Assembly (NCBI GenBank): GCA_016845365.1 | Contig: JAERST010000005.1 | Span: 12,846-76,845, forward strand | Direction: 5' to 3' | From: Methanobacteriota archaeon | GTDB lineage: Archaea; Thermoplasmatota; Poseidoniia; Poseidoniales; Thalassarchaeaceae | Length of the DNA: 64,000 nucleotides | Shown: positions 62,104 to 64,000 of the stretch, piece by piece | How positions within the stretch are numbered: the stretch's first letter is position 1 | Layout of the letters: each line of letters opens with the position of its first letter | The notes under the pieces: model-generated | Database searches by the model: none | What the model saw: only the letters and a program-made list of their open reading frames with translations | Told to the model about the DNA's origin: nothing | Translations under genes and position numbers: made by a program

Positions 62104-63956
62104 GCGCTCACCTCCTGAGTTGAGGCTGAGCCTACTTCAGCGCCGGCTGATTGCAGGGCTTCGAGGACCATTTCCGCGTACACGCGTGCGCGTGGTGGGA
62201 TTCCGTCGCTGAATGCTACGGAGTGCATCTTGGAGAGGAGTTCTGCTGGGAGTTCCTTGCGCAGGATGCCGAAGAGTTGGCCGTCGCGGTTGACTTCGAG
62301 GACAATTACTTGCTCGTGGTCTGCGATGAATTGCTCGACCTCTGAGTGGTATGGAAGTGCGCGGACTCTGCAGGTGCTGACCGAGAGTCCGGTCTGTTCG
62401 AGGATGTCGTCAATTTCGGTGATGGTGTTCTCCATCGAGCCGTAGTAGATGATTCCGACTTGCTTGTCGTTTTCTGCTCGGATGATTGGGGCTGGGAGTT
62501 GGTCGCGCGCGTTGTCGATCTTGCGCTTGAGTCGGGAGACGGTTGCGTGGTAGACCGCGGGGTCTTCGGAGTAAATGCCGTCCTCGTCGTGGCCTGTTCC
62601 GCGGTAGAGGATTGGTTCTAGGCCGCTGCCAGGGAGAGTTCGGTAGGGGATTCCGTCGCCATCGACATCGCGGTAGCGGCCGAAATTGGCGATGGCGTCG
62701 AGTTGTTCTTGGGTGCGGATTACCTTGCCGCGGTCGAGGGGCTGGTCTGGGTACTCGAAGCCGGCGGTGACCCAGCGGTTCATGCCGAGGTCGAGGTCGG
62801 AAAAGCCGAAGACGAGGGTTTGGAAGCGCTCGGCTACGTCGAAGGCTCGCCAGCCGAATTCGAAGCACTCGTCGACTGTTCCTGGGATGAGAACGAGGTG
62901 TTGGGTGTCGCCATGGCTGGCTTCGTAGAGCATCGAAAGGTCACCTTGCTGAGTGCGGGTTGGAAGACCGGTTGAAGGTCCAACGCGGTTGACATCCCAG
63001 ATGACTCCGGGGACCTCTGCGAAATATGCCAGGCCGATGAATTCCGACATCAGCGAGATTCCAGGACCGCTGGTCGCGGTCATGCCGCGGCCGCCTGCCC
63101 ATCCAGCGCCGACAACCATGCCGGCGGCGGCGAGTTCGTCTTCTGCCTGAATTACTGCGCAGGTCGAGCCACCGTCCTCGGCTGCTCGAATCTTAGGTAG
63201 CCAATTGATGATCGATTCTGCCAATGAGGAAGATGGAGTGATTGGATACCACGAGAGCATGTTGACGCCTCCGAAGAGGCAGCCGAGAGCAGTCGCCTCG
63301 TTACCCTCGATGAGGTAGGTGTCTGGATTCTTATCGCGAGCCTCGACTACGTGTCCAATATCGCAATTCCAATTCTCAGCGGCGTAGGCTCGACCCTCGC
63401 CGATGGCCTGCATGTTCAACTCGATGGCCTTCTCCTTGCCCTTGAATTGCTGAGCGACGGCCGATGCTAGAGCCGCTTCTTCGATTCCCAATAATTCTGC
63501 CAAAGCGCCGACATAGTACATGTTCGCAATCATGCGCGCCAATTTCGGATTGATAGCGCGCGCCATCTTGGTCATCGGCATTCCGAGCACGACGCAATCG
63601 TCGCGCTCGACAGGCAATTTCACATCCATATTGTGAATGATGATCGTGCCAGCCTCTGCCTTCTCGACATCGGCTAGCCAAGTGTCCTTATTCATGACGA
63701 CTTGAATGTGGGTTTTGTCGCCGGGCGCCTGATATCCAGCATCGCTGGCGCGGATGATGAACCAAGTTGGCAATCCGGAAATATTGCTCGGGAAGAGGTT
63801 CTTCCCGCTGACGGGAACGCCCATTTCGAACATTGAGTGAAGCAGAATCAGGTTCGCAGATTGCGAACCTGTTCCATTTGCTGTGGCGATATTGAGTGTG
63901 AAATCGTTGACGGTGTTGGCCATCGTATGCCTTGTCTCCTCGCCGCTCCGGACCAT
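62100..63956 (-). CDS. korA: 2-oxoacid:ferredoxin oxidoreductase alpha (fused gamma-alpha) subunit
   Basis: The N-terminal gamma-like part (FTLNIATANGTGSQSANLIL) is fused to an alpha domain (GNEATALGCLFGGVNMLSWYPITPSS, QAEDELAAAGMVVGAGWAGGRGMTATSGPG). An alternative ATG is at 63923. Confidence 0.9.
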   Translation of the reverse strand: MVRSGEETRHTMANTVNDFTLNIATANGTGSQSANLILLHSMFEMGVPVSGKNLFPSNISGLPTWFIIRASDAGYQAPGDKTHIQVVMNKDTWLADVEKAEAGTIIIHNMDVKLPVERDDCVVLGMPMTKMARAINPKLARMIANMYYVGALAELLGIEEAALASAVAQQFKGKEKAIELNMQAIGEGRAYAAENWNCDIGHVVEARDKNPDTYLIEGNEATALGCLFGGVNMLSWYPITPSSSLAESIINWLPKIRAAEDGGSTCAVIQAEDELAAAGMVVGAGWAGGRGMTATSGPGISLMSEFIGLAYFAEVPGVIWDVNRVGPSTGLPTRTQQGDLSMLYEASHGDTQHLVLIPGTVDECFEFGWRAFDVAERFQTLVFGFSDLDLGMNRWVTAGFEYPDQPLDRGKVIRTQEQLDAIANFGRYRDVDGDGIPYRTLPGSGLEPILYRGTGHDEDGIYSEDPAVYHATVSRLKRKIDNARDQLPAPIIRAENDKQVGIIYYGSMENTITEIDDILEQTGLSVSTCRVRALPYHSEVEQFIADHEQVIVLEVNRDGQLFGILRKELPAELLSKMHSVAFSDGIPPRARVYAEMVLEALQSAGAEVGSASTQEVSA

Positions 63957-64000
63957 GCCGGTGTGCTTTCCGCAGCGTGGGCCGTGGGCGAGCCGGTCTT

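Overview
Chromosomal segment from an archaeon, about 55-60% G+C by my spot counts, densely coding on both strands. I call about 54 protein genes and 2 tRNAs. I found no rRNA, CRISPR array, transposase, integrase or recognisable defence system.

Archaeal identity rests on these genes:
- RadA, a Hel308/Ski2-type helicase and RNA polymerase subunit Rpo6/RpoK
- a Cgi121-like KEOPS protein, an NFACT/Rqc2-type protein and a Met-10+ (Trm5/Taw2) tRNA enzyme
- an initiator tRNA-Met with A1:U72 and a GGG/CCC anticodon stem

The rest of the gene content points to an aerobic, protein-degrading planktonic euryarchaeote:
- secreted or membrane-anchored peptidases (S15, kexin-like S8 with P-domain, M3, M29-like, AstE/AspA-like)
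- three very large acidic surface proteins and glycosyltransferases
- haem O and haem A synthases, a two-subunit 2-oxoacid:ferredoxin oxidoreductase, thiolase and tryptophan 2,3-dioxygenase
- bacterial-type genes (orn, uvrC)

Marine Group II/Poseidoniales is my inference only, with no database search behind it.

Most worth a second look:
1. A TGAAAGTGAA(A) motif shared by the radA and hel308 upstream regions.
2. Three GACAATCGCT-headed 21-nt direct repeats in the divergent promoter between the NFACT gene and an orphan HExxH protein.
3. Two AT-rich islets. One carries two orphan membrane proteins and a repeated TTCAATGGGTA motif with a perfect 20-nt palindrome. The other carries trkH.
4. A 19-nt duplicate of the tRNA-Gln 3' end, with a 109-nt hairpin-rich element beside it.
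5. An ATGA-coupled peptidase/receiver/GNAT/JAMM cluster.
6. A wHTH-NB-ARC STAND protein head-to-head with uvrC.

All calls come from reading the translations and the DNA by eye. Start codons were chosen manually, because many ORF-track starts are GTG/TTG or spurious upstream extensions in this GC-rich DNA. Family assignments need HMM or BLAST confirmation.
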